From: Dehalococcoidia bacterium
Lineage (GTDB): Bacteria > Chloroflexota > Dehalococcoidia > SM23-28-2 > RBG-16-64-32
Assembly (NCBI GenBank): GCA_963665775.2
Contig: CAXXTF010000002.1
Span: forward strand, 992,001 to 1,056,000
Length of the DNA: 64,000 nucleotides
Reading direction: 5' to 3'
The notes under the pieces were generated by a model that saw only the letters and a list, made by a program, of their open reading frames with translations, was not told the origin of the DNA and ran no database searches. Position numbers and translations under genes: made by a program. This document shows, in pieces, positions 21,039-31,567 of this stretch; positions within the stretch are counted from its first letter, which is position 1; every line of letters begins with the position of its first letter.

Positions 21039-21419
21039 ATGTCGCTAACGTTCTGGTTTGACGGTCAAGGCCCCTTTGAGGCGTCGGCGCTGGGCGTAGT
21101 GCCCGCCCCCGAGATTCCACCCACGGTCGACATCAAAGATGCCGAGGGAGGGCGCCTAGCACCCATTTTGTATGACCAGAGATTCCGGCTGGACTTCCCT
21201 GTGAGCGAGGACGCGAACCGTGCCGTCATCCCTCGCGGGCCACATGGTGATGTCGAACTGGTCGTGAGCGACGGGCAGCGAACTGCCAGGGCGGTAGTCA
21301 TATGTAGCAAGTATGATTTTGTCGGGATCGGAACTGGCGAATTGACTTGCTTCTTGCACGGTTCGCGGCAAGGGGATCAGGGTGATCTCCAGCCTGTCGC
21401 TACCTGGGACATGAACTGA
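21039..21419 (+). CDS. Hypothetical protein
   Basis: 126-aa ORF with GAGGA RBS filling an intergenic gap. No recognised motif. Confidence 0.45.
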   Translation: MSLTFWFDGQGPFEASALGVVPAPEIPPTVDIKDAEGGRLAPILYDQRFRLDFPVSEDANRAVIPRGPHGDVELVVSDGQRTARAVVICSKYDFVGIGTGELTCFLHGSRQGDQGDLQPVATWDMN

Positions 21420-21480
21420 TATCAGCAGCCGTCGCTGCAAGCAACGTCGGGCCCTGGAAGCATGGCCCTTGCGGAAAAGA

Positions 21481-22581
21481 CTAACCCAAAACCTGGCGTT
21501 GCCCAGTGTCGGAGGCCTTCTGAATGGTGTCCAGCAGCCTGTGGCGGGACACCGCCAGGTCGAAGTCCGGACCTACTGACGAGGCGCCGCGAATACTATC
21601 CGCGAGCCTCTGGAACATCTGGCTCACATTAAAAGGTGGGCCTGCGGGTACGGCGGCAGGCACCCAGCGATACTTCTCAGGAATCGGGAGCGCTTCCATA
21701 TCTTTATCGCCGCGCTGGGCACCTCGGAGAGTCAACTCATTGATCTGCGCTGAGCCGTCGGAGGTGACTACAAGGACCCCTTGGGTGCCGTGGATCTCAA
21801 ACATGAAACCGGTCCCGTGAGCAGGAACGCTCTTGATGTGGACTGACGCCACAGCTCCGTTTTCCAGCACACCGCTCACCAGGACATTGTCGGGGGAGGT
21901 CACATCCATCGTTTCACCGGTTTCGATAATGGTCACTTGCTTGACCTGAGTTTTAACCTGAGCCGAGATCTCGCGGAATTCGCCCAGACAGAAGCAGAGG
22001 GCATCGATGGAATGCCCGCCAGCAATGGTAAGCGTCGTGGCGCCCTTCGTTCGGTCGGCAGCCCAGGCGAAAGCCGATGACCGTCGACCGGCACCGAGGA
22101 GCGAGGACAGCATGCTGCATGAAAGCGCCTCGCCGATATAACCCTCGGATATCAGATCCCTCGTGTAGTTGAAGGCCGGCGCTCCCCGAGCCTGAAGCCC
22201 AACCATGTGAGAAACCTTCTTGGCCTGGGCTAAGTCCCGCATCTCTATCGCTTCCTGCAGGTTCGTGCCCAGCGGCCATTCACAATACACGTGCTTACCG
22301 GCATCGAGCGCCGCTGTGACCATCTGGCGGTGAGCCGGTACCCTGACGCACACCAAAACCAGGTCCACGTCTGGATGGCTGACCAAATCCAGGGGGTCAT
22401 GGAAGGCCAGGGGTATGCCGTACTGGCGGGCTGTCTCCTCGGCAGTTTCCTGTCGGGTGGTGCAGACAGCCACCAGCTCAAACTCGGGAAGCCCCTTGAT
22501 GGCTGGGATGTGGGCCCTGGTCCCCCAGCCGTAGCTAACATTGGCTCCGATGATACCGACGCGAATTTTCTCTCCTGCCAT
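21481..22581 (-). CDS. Gfo/Idh/MocA family oxidoreductase
   Basis: Motifs 'IRVGIIGA...WG..AH', 'GKHVYCEWPL' and 'GGHSID'. Confidence 0.92.
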   Translation of the reverse strand: MAGEKIRVGIIGANVSYGWGTRAHIPAIKGLPEFELVAVCTTRQETAEETARQYGIPLAFHDPLDLVSHPDVDLVLVCVRVPAHRQMVTAALDAGKHVYCEWPLGTNLQEAIEMRDLAQAKKVSHMVGLQARGAPAFNYTRDLISEGYIGEALSCSMLSSLLGAGRRSSAFAWAADRTKGATTLTIAGGHSIDALCFCLGEFREISAQVKTQVKQVTIIETGETMDVTSPDNVLVSGVLENGAVASVHIKSVPAHGTGFMFEIHGTQGVLVVTSDGSAQINELTLRGAQRGDKDMEALPIPEKYRWVPAAVPAGPPFNVSQMFQRLADSIRGASSVGPDFDLAVSRHRLLDTIQKASDTGQRQVLG

Positions 22582-22870
22582 GCCACACCTTCCTATCGTC
22601 TTGGCGCGTTTGGCTGTCGTCGAAACTACGGACGCTCGCCCGCTCCTCAGGTCAGATTCCGGGTCTCGACCCAACGAGCCTCAGGCTGCCGCTCGCGACC
22701 GGCCACACGCTACTTCCGGCTCTACCCCGCGTCAAACCTTCCGTGACACTATGGGAACATAGTTCAAGGTAGCACGAGAAGCTGATCCACGCGTAGTGGG
22801 CAGCCGAGGTTCCCTGAGCTGGACTCTTGGTGATATCGGCCTGGGCGCTCATGTCGCCGCTATGGAGCGG

Positions 22871-24001
22871 CTACTCTGGCGCCGCGAACAAGGTCGTAGC
22901 GGGATGATACGCGGACCAGCCGTACCATTCGCTGACGTAGGCGACTACGAAGTCCAGCGCCTTGGCCTCGCCGGCCACGCCGACTCCCGTGATGTTCCAC
23001 GTCGTGTTGGTTACGTCATCACGGGCACGGAAGGGATCGCTGCCAACGAGCTCAAACTGCGCCTCCCGTCCGTCGATCACACGGGAGAAGGCGGTAGCGC
23101 TGTTGCTTTCGGCATCGTAGAAGATGACGATGGGCAGGCCGTCTATCGTGTCATTGACGACGCCGCCTGATTCCCTCAGTTCGAACAACGGGTAGGCCGC
23201 GTAGCTCTCGTCGGTCATGACGCCCAGCACCAGCTCCTCAGCCTTCAGCCGATCGTCTCCGTACAGCAGGTCTTGGCCCGCTCGCGAGTTGGGCATCCCG
23301 ACCTGCACGTCACGATAGCGTGAGCGGAAGGGCGTGTCGTCGGAGAGGACCACTGTATTGGGCTGGAGATCGAGCCACTCCTCCCAGCTGGTGAGTAGGA
23401 TGGGAATGAATTCCATTGTGGCTCCGGTCACCGGGCCCTGTATGGCTTCCCCGTCAAGATGAGACCACACGCTCCCGGTCTCACGGTCGATCATGACCAG
23501 GACGCCTAGCTGCAGGCCGAAAACCTCGAAGGTGTACCTTTGCCCTTCGATTACGGGGTCGAACCCGACCCCCGAACTGCAGCGTATTCAGAAGGTGATG
23601 AGGATGGGCCTCCCATCGAACGAGTCGTTCACGATATGGTGGAAGGTCATCATCCTGATAGGGTAGGCGCGGCTGTCGCCATCGATCGTCACTCCCAGGA
23701 CATGATCGTCGGCCTCAAGGAACGTAGCCTCGGCAGGGGAGATGAATTCCGGGGCGTCTAGAGGGACGAACGGGCTACGGCGCTGATAGCTGGAAGACAC
23801 GTCGTCGCTGTCGGCGACCGCTTCATTCGAAGCCGGCACCGATGGTGTGGGTGTGTCAGGGACGCCAGGGGTGCCCGCGGTGGGCAGTTGATTTTCACCG
23901 GCCTCGGGCGGCGACCCGCAGGCGGCTGCTCCGACCGCCAGCAGCCCCAACAGAAGGACCGAAATCGCGATGCTAGCCTTTGCTCGCCAGTGTCCGCTCA
24001 T
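22871..24001 (-). CDS. DUF3179 family selenoprotein (lipoprotein); in-frame UGA read as Sec
   Basis: ORFs 23588..24001 and 22871..23494 share a frame and are joined across TGA 23588-23590: ILITF-U-IRCSSGVGFDP...GVLVMIDRETGSVWSHL. The UxxC sits where the family has CxxC. Lipobox GAAAC. Confidence 0.82.
23555..23590 (-). promoter_or_regulatory. Putative bacterial SECIS element
   Basis: UGA followed by hairpin GGGGUCG-GGUU-CGACCCC. The G-starting apical loop begins 22 nt after the UGA. Confidence 0.65.
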
Positions 24002-24239
24002 TGCAAGTGTTCTTCTCCTAGTTAGAGGTATCGGCCAGGACGCACCTCTGCCGCCATCGTAACACCCTCACATTAGACAACGATTAGAGAATGCCACAGA
24101 CTGTATGAACGCTGTTCAGCCATACAGTGCGCTAGCTCGGCCTGTTTGGCGGTCTGAGCGCGGGGGATTTGTCGTGTGCTGGGCTGGGGGGTAACCTATC
24201 TCTAGAGATAGCTGCACCGGAGCTATAGAAGAGGATGGA

Positions 24240-25187
24240 ATGGCTATTCTTTTTGGCACCAGCGACGGCGTTTGGCAGCTGGACGGCCGCATAGGAAACA
24301 GAATCGCCCTTACTGGAGCCACAGTGAGCCACATCGCCAACCGAAGTGGCGCGGTCTTGGCCGCGGTGCCGCATGACGGCCTTTACGATGTATCGGGTGC
24401 TTCAGAGCGCCGCATTTGGGAAGGGGACGCGCGCGCCTGCGCGTTTGGCCCGGACGGCAAGCTCTATGTAGGCACAGAACCGGCGATGGTCTATCGCAGC
24501 GACGATCGAGGGGAGAGCTGGAAACGTCTGGACAAGATTGACGAGCTCCCCACCCGGGAGAGCTGGTACTTCCCGGTTCCGCCTCGAGAGCCACATGTAC
24601 GATCGATTGACTTCCTCCCTGACAACGACAGCACCCTTCTGGTTGGGGTCGAGGTGGGAGGCGTCCTCCTGTCCGACGACTACGGTCACACCTGGAAGGA
24701 GCTGAATAATGGAGTGTACGCGGATGTCCACGCCGTGCGCCCCGATCCATCGGAGTCTGGCCGGCTAATAGCTGCCACTGGTCGTGGGCTGTACGTTAGC
24801 CACGACAATGGTGGGTCCTGGGAGCACGTAAAGGAAGGACTAGGTCAGAATTACGCCGTAGGACTCCACCTCAATCCCCTCAGCGCGGGCGAAATGTTGG
24901 TGTCCACTGGCGACCATCCTCCCGGTCTAGACGCACGCGTTTACCACTCCATTGACGGAGGACAGGAATGGAGACAGATTATGGACCCCGTATTACCTTC
25001 CCGCTACGATCGAGTTCCCGTGGTGCTTTTCGGCGAGGGAAGCGCTTGGATAGCCACGGATAAGGGTCAGGTCTTTCGTGCGGATGACGCTGGCGGGAAG
25101 TGGTCGCTTTCCTGTGAGCTACCGACGAGTATCCACGCCGCGTCGGCAGGTGGCAGCCCCTGCTCCGTCTCCTATGGATACCGGTGA
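24240..25187 (+). CDS. BNR/Asp-box beta-propeller (WD40/YVTN-like) protein
   Basis: Repeated SxDxGxxW boxes (SDDRGESW, SDDYGHTW, SHDNGGSW, SIDGGQEW) plus 'GVEVGGV' and 'DVH'. Confidence 0.85.
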   Translation: MAILFGTSDGVWQLDGRIGNRIALTGATVSHIANRSGAVLAAVPHDGLYDVSGASERRIWEGDARACAFGPDGKLYVGTEPAMVYRSDDRGESWKRLDKIDELPTRESWYFPVPPREPHVRSIDFLPDNDSTLLVGVEVGGVLLSDDYGHTWKELNNGVYADVHAVRPDPSESGRLIAATGRGLYVSHDNGGSWEHVKEGLGQNYAVGLHLNPLSAGEMLVSTGDHPPGLDARVYHSIDGGQEWRQIMDPVLPSRYDRVPVVLFGEGSAWIATDKGQVFRADDAGGKWSLSCELPTSIHAASAGGSPCSVSYGYR

Positions 25188-25224
25188 GGCGAACGCCCTT
25201 GAGACTCCAGGGTTTCCCGGCAGA

Positions 25225-25265
25225 GGCGCGAGCTACGACTGCCTATGCGCGCGGCAGCCCGAGCC
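25225..25265. repeat. 41-bp direct repeat, copy 1 (duplicate of the acyl-CoA dehydrogenase 3' end)
   Basis: 39/41 identical to 25728-25768. Confidence 0.85.
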
Positions 25266-25274
25266 TGGATTGGG

Positions 25275-25652
25275 CTACCCGTCCGTAGGTGCGAGCGGAT
25301 CGATCTTAGTCATGTGACTCTCTCCCGGAGACCGGATCGAGAGGTGAACGAAGCTGGACTCATCGGTGGCCCCATGCCAGTGAAGCTCGCCAGCCGGGAC
25401 ATGGACGACGTCACCAGCCGTGACAAGATTTCTCTCGTGTTGCGTCGCTAGGATACCCTTGCCTTCAATGCAGTGGAGAACCTGCACGGTGTCGTGCGTG
25501 TGAAGATACGTCCGGGCGCCAGGGCTAAAGCGGACAGCGGAAATTTCTAGCCCGTCGGCGGAGGTAAGTATCGATTGGCGGTGGACCTGTCCTATAAAGC
25601 TTCCCTCGCCTCCTGGCTGGGCGGCGTCTGGAGTGATTTGGATCACTTTCAT
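25275..25652 (-). CDS. Cupin domain protein
   Basis: 'FSPGART.LHTH...Q.L' and 'GDVVHVPAGELHWHGA'. AGGAGG RBS. Confidence 0.9.
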   Translation of the reverse strand: MKVIQITPDAAQPGGEGSFIGQVHRQSILTSADGLEISAVRFSPGARTYLHTHDTVQVLHCIEGKGILATQHERNLVTAGDVVHVPAGELHWHGATDESSFVHLSIRSPGESHMTKIDPLAPTDG

Positions 25653-25727
25653 CAATACCTCCTGATCGCTTCGCCAGGCCCGGACTTGGCCGACCAAGCA
25701 GCTTCGTCCTCCCGACTGCGAGCACGT

Positions 25728-25768
25728 GGCGCGAGCTTCGACTGCCTATGCACGCGGCAGCCCGAGCC
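25728..25768. repeat. 41-bp direct repeat, copy 2 (overlaps the acyl-CoA dehydrogenase stop)
   Basis: 39/41 identical to 25225-25265, at 503-bp spacing. Confidence 0.85.
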
Positions 25769-26930
25769 CCCTTGTCGTGATGACGTTGTGTTGGACCTCG
25801 ATGCTCCCACCGGAGATCGTCGTGGGTATAGTAGCCAGAAGGTATCGCTCCAACTCCCCCTGGATTTTCGCCCACTTCGATTTAGGCGACAGTGGACCGT
25901 ACAGGCCCAGCAGGTTGACGCCAAAGTTGGCGAGACCCTGATACAGATTCGCGGCCAGCGTCTTGGATATGGATGCCTCATGATTGGCGATCTTGCCCTC
26001 GGTCTGCATCGCGGTCACCCTATAGGCCAAATACCGTCCCGCTTAACTCATAACAGCGAAATCGGCCAGCCGTTGTCGTGCCGCCGGTGGCAACCCCGTC
26101 CCGTCCTTCTTTTCTCTCCTCGCAAAGTCGATGAGGTCGTCCAGCAACCGCTTGGCTGGAGCCCAGCGCTCCATACCGGACCGTTCGAGATCGAGCGTCG
26201 TCATTATCTGATACCAGCCCTGATTCTCGAGCCCGACTAGTTGCTCCGCAAGCAGCCTCACGTTATCGAAGAAGACCTGGTTCAAAGAGTGCTCGCCCAA
26301 CACGTTGATTAAAGGGGTGATGGTGATACCCGGCAGGTCCGTGGGCATCACGAAGGTGCTTATGCCTTTGTGCTTGGGCGCGTCCGGGTCGGTACGGGCC
26401 GCCAGCCAACCGTAGTCGGATCGGTGAGCATCGCTCGTAAAGGTCTTCTGGCCATTGACTATGTAGTAGTCGCCATCCCGGACGGCGCGAGTCTGGAGGC
26501 TACCCAGGTCGGAGCCAGCCTGGGGCTCAGTGAACATCTGGCAGAAGTACAGATCCCCACTCGCGATGCCAGGCAGGTACCTCTTCTTCTGCTCTTCGTT
26601 GCCGTATATCATGATGCTTGGCCCGATGTTGTTCACACCGTTTGAATTGATCCCCGGCACCCGATGATATCCAGTCTCCTCCTTGAAGATCAGCTGCTGC
26701 CAGTAGCTCGCGTTTAGGCCTCCGTACTCCTCCGGCCAGGCTAAAACCAACCATCCTCGGGCACCCAATTGATGCCCAACCGAGCGCGAGAATTCCCGCT
26801 GCTCCGCCGTGTCGTCGGCAAAGCCGGTCCAGTCAGCAGGCAGCGTGTCTTTGATGAAGCTCCGGATCTCTTGGCGAAAGGCCTCGTCCTCTGGGCTCCA
26901 CTGGAATTCCATCGTGTCTAGCTCCTTCAT
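25746..26930 (-). pseudogene. Acyl-CoA dehydrogenase interrupted by an in-frame TAA
   Basis: ACAD motifs (FTEPQAGSDL, NGQKTFTS, GGSIEVQHNVI). ...LADFAVMS*AGRYLAYRV... stays in frame across TAA 26043-26045. Confidence 0.85.
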
Positions 26931-27207
26931 CCCTGGGCCCGGGATTAATGTCTCCCCGTTTCCTTCGGTATGAACACCCCCTATTCTAAGTGATTAATCG
27001 ATCTGTCAACCCCGCACAACGGCGTCGGAATCCGATATACCGTTCGGGGCGCGACAGGACATGCACCATGTTCCCATCGTGGAGGCGGGGCCTCGCCCTC
27101 CTACTACCGGAGCGCAAATGGATGCCGTGTTTCCACCATGACCTTACCCCTCTTTCACCCTATACTGAGAGCAAACTCCGGTATGGTAGGTTGCCGGAGC
27201 CCGAACG

Positions 27208-28329
27208 GTGAGGAGGGAGCTAGCGGTGCGAACACTCATAGCAGGGCTTGCATTTACCGCCATCACGCTGACCGCTTGCACGAGCGGTGAGGACGCCGGC
27301 TCCGCCCCGACAAGTGGTGCGACGGACCGCCCAGGCCCGACCCCCACTGCTATAGGCACTGGGGTTAGTGCCACCCCCACCACTGTCCCTTCGACCCCAT
27401 CAGCAATCCCAAGCGCGAGCCCCGAGCCACCACGACAGCCTGCACTGACCGTATACATGGTCCCGTCGGGATCCCGACCCCACGACGTCGCCCCCGCGAT
27501 CGACGGTGGTGTCTGGTACACCGCACAGGGCAGTGGCGAGCTCGGCTGGCTTGACCCTGTGTCGGGGGAAACGCTGCACATCTCACTGGGACCAGGGTCC
27601 GCACCTCACGGGGTAGTTGTGGGGCCTGACGGAGCTCCCTGGATCACGGACGGTGGACTTAACGCCATCGTTCGGGTAGATCCGCAAACGGACGAGGTCA
27701 AACGCTTCCCGTTGCCCGCTGACCGTCCCAATGCCAATCTCAACACGGCGACGTTTGATGGCCGTGGCCAGCTCTGGTTCACGGGTCAAAACGGTGTCTA
27801 CGGACGCCTCGATCCTGAAACCGGAGAGATGGAGGTGTTCGACGCTCCACGTGGGCGGGGGCCGTACGGGATCACTTCGACACCGGACGGCGAGGTCTAT
27901 TACGCATCGCTAGCAGGGAGCTACATTGCTCGCATAGATGTGGAAACTGGGGAGGCAACCGTCATTGAACCGCCCACCCCAAATCAGGGGGCGCGCCGCG
28001 TCTGGTCGGACTCTGATGGCCGGATTTGGGTAAGCGAGTGGAACTCGGGGCAGGTCAGTATGTACGACCCTGATACAGAGGATTGGCAAATTTGGAAGCT
28101 ACCGGGCGCGGCTCCCCGCGTCTATGCGGTCTATGTGGATGAACGGGACAAGGTGTGGCTGAGCGACTTCGGTGCGAACGTCCTGCTTCGGTTCGACCCG
28201 GAGACTGAACAGTTCGAGTCTTTCACTCTACCGAGCTCTCCAGGAAACGTTCGCCAGATATTGGGGAGGCCCGGCGAGGTCTGGGCGCCGGAATCAGCGG
28301 CAGACGAGCTCGTGGTTGTACGTTATTGA
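27208..28329 (+). CDS. Virginiamycin B lyase (Vgb)-like beta-propeller lipoprotein
   Basis: Lipobox LTAC, PT linker, and repeats 'PHDVAP..DG.VWYT', 'PHGVVVGPDGAPW', 'GPYGIT' and 'QGARRVWSD'. Confidence 0.85.
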   Translation: MRRELAVRTLIAGLAFTAITLTACTSGEDAGSAPTSGATDRPGPTPTAIGTGVSATPTTVPSTPSAIPSASPEPPRQPALTVYMVPSGSRPHDVAPAIDGGVWYTAQGSGELGWLDPVSGETLHISLGPGSAPHGVVVGPDGAPWITDGGLNAIVRVDPQTDEVKRFPLPADRPNANLNTATFDGRGQLWFTGQNGVYGRLDPETGEMEVFDAPRGRGPYGITSTPDGEVYYASLAGSYIARIDVETGEATVIEPPTPNQGARRVWSDSDGRIWVSEWNSGQVSMYDPDTEDWQIWKLPGAAPRVYAVYVDERDKVWLSDFGANVLLRFDPETEQFESFTLPSSPGNVRQILGRPGEVWAPESAADELVVVRY

Positions 28330-28529
28330 GCGGTGCGAATACGGGGCCTGAGGATCGACGGTGCAATGCGGCCTATTAGGGGCCAGCGCGGTGACCACAC
28401 TATGTGTCGATCGTGGCCGTGGTCCGAAGGTGCGCCGCCATCAGCGGTGTAAGTAGGCCTCCGTCTCGGACTCAAGCTCCGGGGTGGCTCGGTCGGGCCC
28501 CTGTATATTAGGTGCCTCTCGGTGATACT

Positions 28530-29478
28530 ATGGCGGTTATGGACGTTATCCGCTGTGAGGAACTCTCCAAGCGTTATGGCAAAATCCGTGCTGTCGACGG
28601 CCTGAACCTAACTGTTGATGAGGGTACGGCGTTCGGATTAATCGGCCCCAACGGTGCTGGCAAGACGACAACCCTCCGCCTGTTCACTGGCCTGACCAAT
28701 GCGGACGCCGGCCGGGTCTGGGTGGCAGGCGAGGAGGTATCGAAAGGCACCTTACAATGGCGGTCAAAGGTGGGCTATCTGCCCGAGTCCCCGGCCTTCT
28801 ACGGCTGGATGACGGGCCGCCAGTACCTTCAGTTCACGGGAGAGCTATACGGCCTTAACTCCGGGGAGACGAAAGTCCGCGCCGAGCAGCTTCTTGAGCA
28901 GGTTAGCCTGACCGAGGCAGCAGACCGAAAGACAAAGGGATACTCGCGGGGGATGCAGCAACGCCTTGGGCTAGCCCAAGGCGTTGCTTAATCGTCCGGC
29001 GGTGTTGTTGCTAGACGAGCCTGCCTCCGCTTTGGATCCCATTGGGCGGCGGGACATGCTGGAGACGTTGCTTGCCCTGAAGGGCCAGACCACTGTCTTC
29101 ATCTCCACTCACATCCTGGCCGACGTGGAGCGCGTGTGTGACCGCGTGGCGATCGTGAATCACGGTAAACTGGTGACTTCAGGCTCTGTCGATCAGCTAC
29201 GCGCTCAGCGACAACAGTCTATCTTTGAGTTGGAGTTCGAGGACGATGCGGCCGCGCTCGCGGGTCAGCTGGCCGAAATGCCGTGGGTGAAATCCACGGA
29301 CAGACTTGAACGAGGTAACCGGCAGGTGTTCCAGGTGCAGGTTATCGATGTCGGCGAGGCGAATCGGGAACTCCTGAGGCTGGTGTACGAGAGCGGGCTG
29401 AACCTGCTGAGATACGAGCTGATCCAGGCCAGCCTTGAGGATGTGTTCATGGAGCTGCTTGGCGAGGAGAATAAGTGA
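28530..29478 (+). pseudogene. ABC-2 transporter ATP-binding protein, frameshifted
   Basis: Walker A GPNGAGKT and signature YSRGMQQR lie in one frame, Walker B LLLDEP in the next. One extra base near 28976-28981 (GCCCAAGGCG vs GCCCAGGCG). Confidence 0.85.
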
Positions 29479-30239
29479 CCGGATTCTGGCCCCTGGTACG
29501 TAAGGAGGTCCAGGAGCAGCGTCGCACCTGGAAGTTTCTGGCGCTAGTGGGCGTCTTCACTGCCTTGGCGCTACTCATCAGCATAATCCCTTTCATCGTG
29601 GCAGAAGTGAAAGGGGAGCACCAGGGGGTCGAACAGGCGCGCGACGTATTGGGTGGGTTCGGCATTTCCATCTTCACCCTCGGAACCCTCGTGACGATCA
29701 GCATCGCCATGGGCTCACTTGGAAATGAACGGTCGAGCGGAACGGCAGCCATGACACTCACCAAGCCGGTGACTCGATCGGCCTTCGTAGCCGCAAAGTT
29801 TCTGGGACTGGTGCTGGCGATATTCGCTGCCCTGGCCATCGCCTCTGTTGCCATGTACGTTCTGACCTTCATCCTGTTCGCCGACCCCCGCGCGGGGGCG
29901 AATTTCGCCGGCTTCATGGCCGTAATCTGGCTATGGTTGGTGTTTATAGGCTCAATCGCCTTCTTTTGGAGCGCTATGTTTAGCCAGCAGCTGCTGGCCG
30001 GCGGGCTGGCCCTGTTCCTGTTCGTCGCTCAGGCTCCTCTGAGTGAGATTCCAGGCACGGAGCGGTACTGGCCCGTAAACTCAATTGCTTGGGCGGGCGA
30101 CTACTTTGACCCGGATGAAGACGAGAATCCCGAGAATCCCGACAGCGGGGACTGGTGGACCGCCTTACCAATTACCGCCGGCGGCATACCCCTGCTAACC
30201 CTTGGCGCTTGGGGGGTATTTCGGCGAAAAGAGCTTTGA
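29475..30239 (+). CDS. ABC-2 type transporter permease
   Basis: 'LVRKE', 'NERSSGT...LTKPVTRSAFVAAKF' and C-terminal 'FRRKEL'. Confidence 0.88.
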   Translation: MTGFWPLVRKEVQEQRRTWKFLALVGVFTALALLISIIPFIVAEVKGEHQGVEQARDVLGGFGISIFTLGTLVTISIAMGSLGNERSSGTAAMTLTKPVTRSAFVAAKFLGLVLAIFAALAIASVAMYVLTFILFADPRAGANFAGFMAVIWLWLVFIGSIAFFWSAMFSQQLLAGGLALFLFVAQAPLSEIPGTERYWPVNSIAWAGDYFDPDEDENPENPDSGDWWTALPITAGGIPLLTLGAWGVFRRKEL

Positions 30240-30312
30240 AAGACTGGTTTCAATTGGAACGAGTTAGCTTTCGATGCTACGGGACCCGCTCACGGTGTAG
30301 GAATCGCGTTCG

Positions 30313-30573
30313 TCAGGGCGCCCTACGCGGCTCTTTGCCCGCGGAGCCCACCTCTACATAGCAGAAGCCATGGCCCGTGAACCGGGTTGCGGTGCTCTCT
30401 CCCGCCATCTCTGCCGCTATGTTCGCCGCCACCACGCGGGCCTGCTCGTCCGCAAACACTCCGGCCTTGGGAAGGTACATGCCGATCGGCAATCTGACAG
30501 CCGTCACGTCGCCGATGGCGAACACCCCAGAGTAGCGCGTCTGGAGGGTTGTCGGGTCAACGGGGACCCAGCC
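30313..30573 (-). pseudogene. Sulfide:quinone oxidoreductase-like internal/C-terminal fragment
   Basis: GWVPVDPTTLQTRYSGVFAIGDV...LPKAGVFA...FTGHGFCYVEVG. N-terminal part absent. Confidence 0.75.
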
Positions 30574-30574
30574 T

Positions 30575-30637
30575 AAAGCGAAGGGCGTTCCACACCGTCT
30601 CTGTTTCGGTCGTATTGATCACCAGCAGGTACTTCAT
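30575..30637 (-). pseudogene. DsrE-family protein N-terminal fragment
   Basis: GGAGAGG RBS followed by MKYLLVINTTETETVWNALRF, then an abrupt junction to the SQR fragment. Confidence 0.5.
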
Positions 30638-30847
30638 GGTACCTCTCCCTTCGCGCTGGCGGGCCAGCCCCTGCAATAGAGCAAATCGACCTTCATGTTC
30701 ACCTCCATAAGTTTAGGTATACCGCTACCATGATATCCCTACGGCAAGGCTGCTGTGACCGATCCGTGACGTGTCGCTTGACGAGCCGAGGGGCGATAGC
30801 CTAATTTACGCATCGACTTCTCAACTAATTTGGGGGGTATGTCTCTT

Positions 30848-30961
30848 ATGGGCAAGATGGTCGACTGCAACAAGGCGAACCCAGCCAGCGGCTGCGGCCA
30901 CGTCGTTCGCGGCGAGACTGAGGAGGAGCTCCTGAAGAACGCGGCGGAGCGCGCGAATTGA
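30848..30961 (+). pseudogene. DUF1059-like small metal-binding protein, truncated
   Basis: MGKMVDCNKANPASGCGHVVRGETEEELLKNAAERAN* lacks the usual C-terminal His-containing part. Confidence 0.55.
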
Positions 30962-31058
30962 CATGCGAGGCGATGGGGAGTATTTTCCTGCTATCACCGC
31001 GAGAGGCCTTGGATCGGCACGTGTCGCTCCCTGGCAATGGGCTAGAAGGAGATGGGTC

Positions 31059-31400
31059 ATGGGTCAGCCAGTAGTGCACTTTGAGGTACTGGGGCAGGAC
31101 GCCAAGCGTCTGCAGGAGTTCTACAGCGGGCTGTTCGGGTGGGAGATTAGCTCCGACAACCCGATTAACTACGGGATGGTGGATACCAAAGGCAAGGGCG
31201 GAATCGGCGGCGGCATAGGGCCGGCGCAGGGCCAGAACCAGTTGACCTTCTACATCCAGGTCGACGACCTACAGGCTTATCTCGATCGGATCGAGGCGGC
31301 AGGCGGCAAGACGGTCATGCCAGTCACCGAGATTCCCGACATGGTAACCTTCGCGCTCTTCGCCGACCCGGAGGGCAACGTGGTGGGCCTGGTCAAGTGA
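31059..31400 (+). CDS. VOC/glyoxalase family protein
   Basis: MGQPVVHFEV...FYSGLFGW...FADPEGNVVGL. AAGGAG RBS. Confidence 0.92.
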   Translation: MGQPVVHFEVLGQDAKRLQEFYSGLFGWEISSDNPINYGMVDTKGKGGIGGGIGPAQGQNQLTFYIQVDDLQAYLDRIEAAGGKTVMPVTEIPDMVTFALFADPEGNVVGLVK

Positions 31401-31567
31401 GGAAGGCCCGTGACCGGCGCCTGGAACGGGGAGGCGCCGGCCTGAATCGGACTCCACCGGATCCACGAGGCCGCATGCCGTGTTGGTGACGCCGCACCAC
31501 CCGAGTCCGGGCAGGCGGCTCAACGCGCCTCAGGCCGTCCGAACGCCACGGAGGGATGTAAGTAGCC

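Noticed and set aside
22753-24118. LexA-like boxes GAACATAGTTC (~22755) and GAACGCTGTTC (~24107)
   Set aside because: The spacer is N3 rather than the GAAC-N4-GTTC of Gram-positive/Chloroflexota-type SOS boxes, and the adjacent genes are not SOS genes.
27208-28329. Streptogramin B resistance gene vgb
   Set aside because: This is a lipoprotein with a PT linker from the broad Vgb-like propeller family. Resistance cannot be inferred from the fold.
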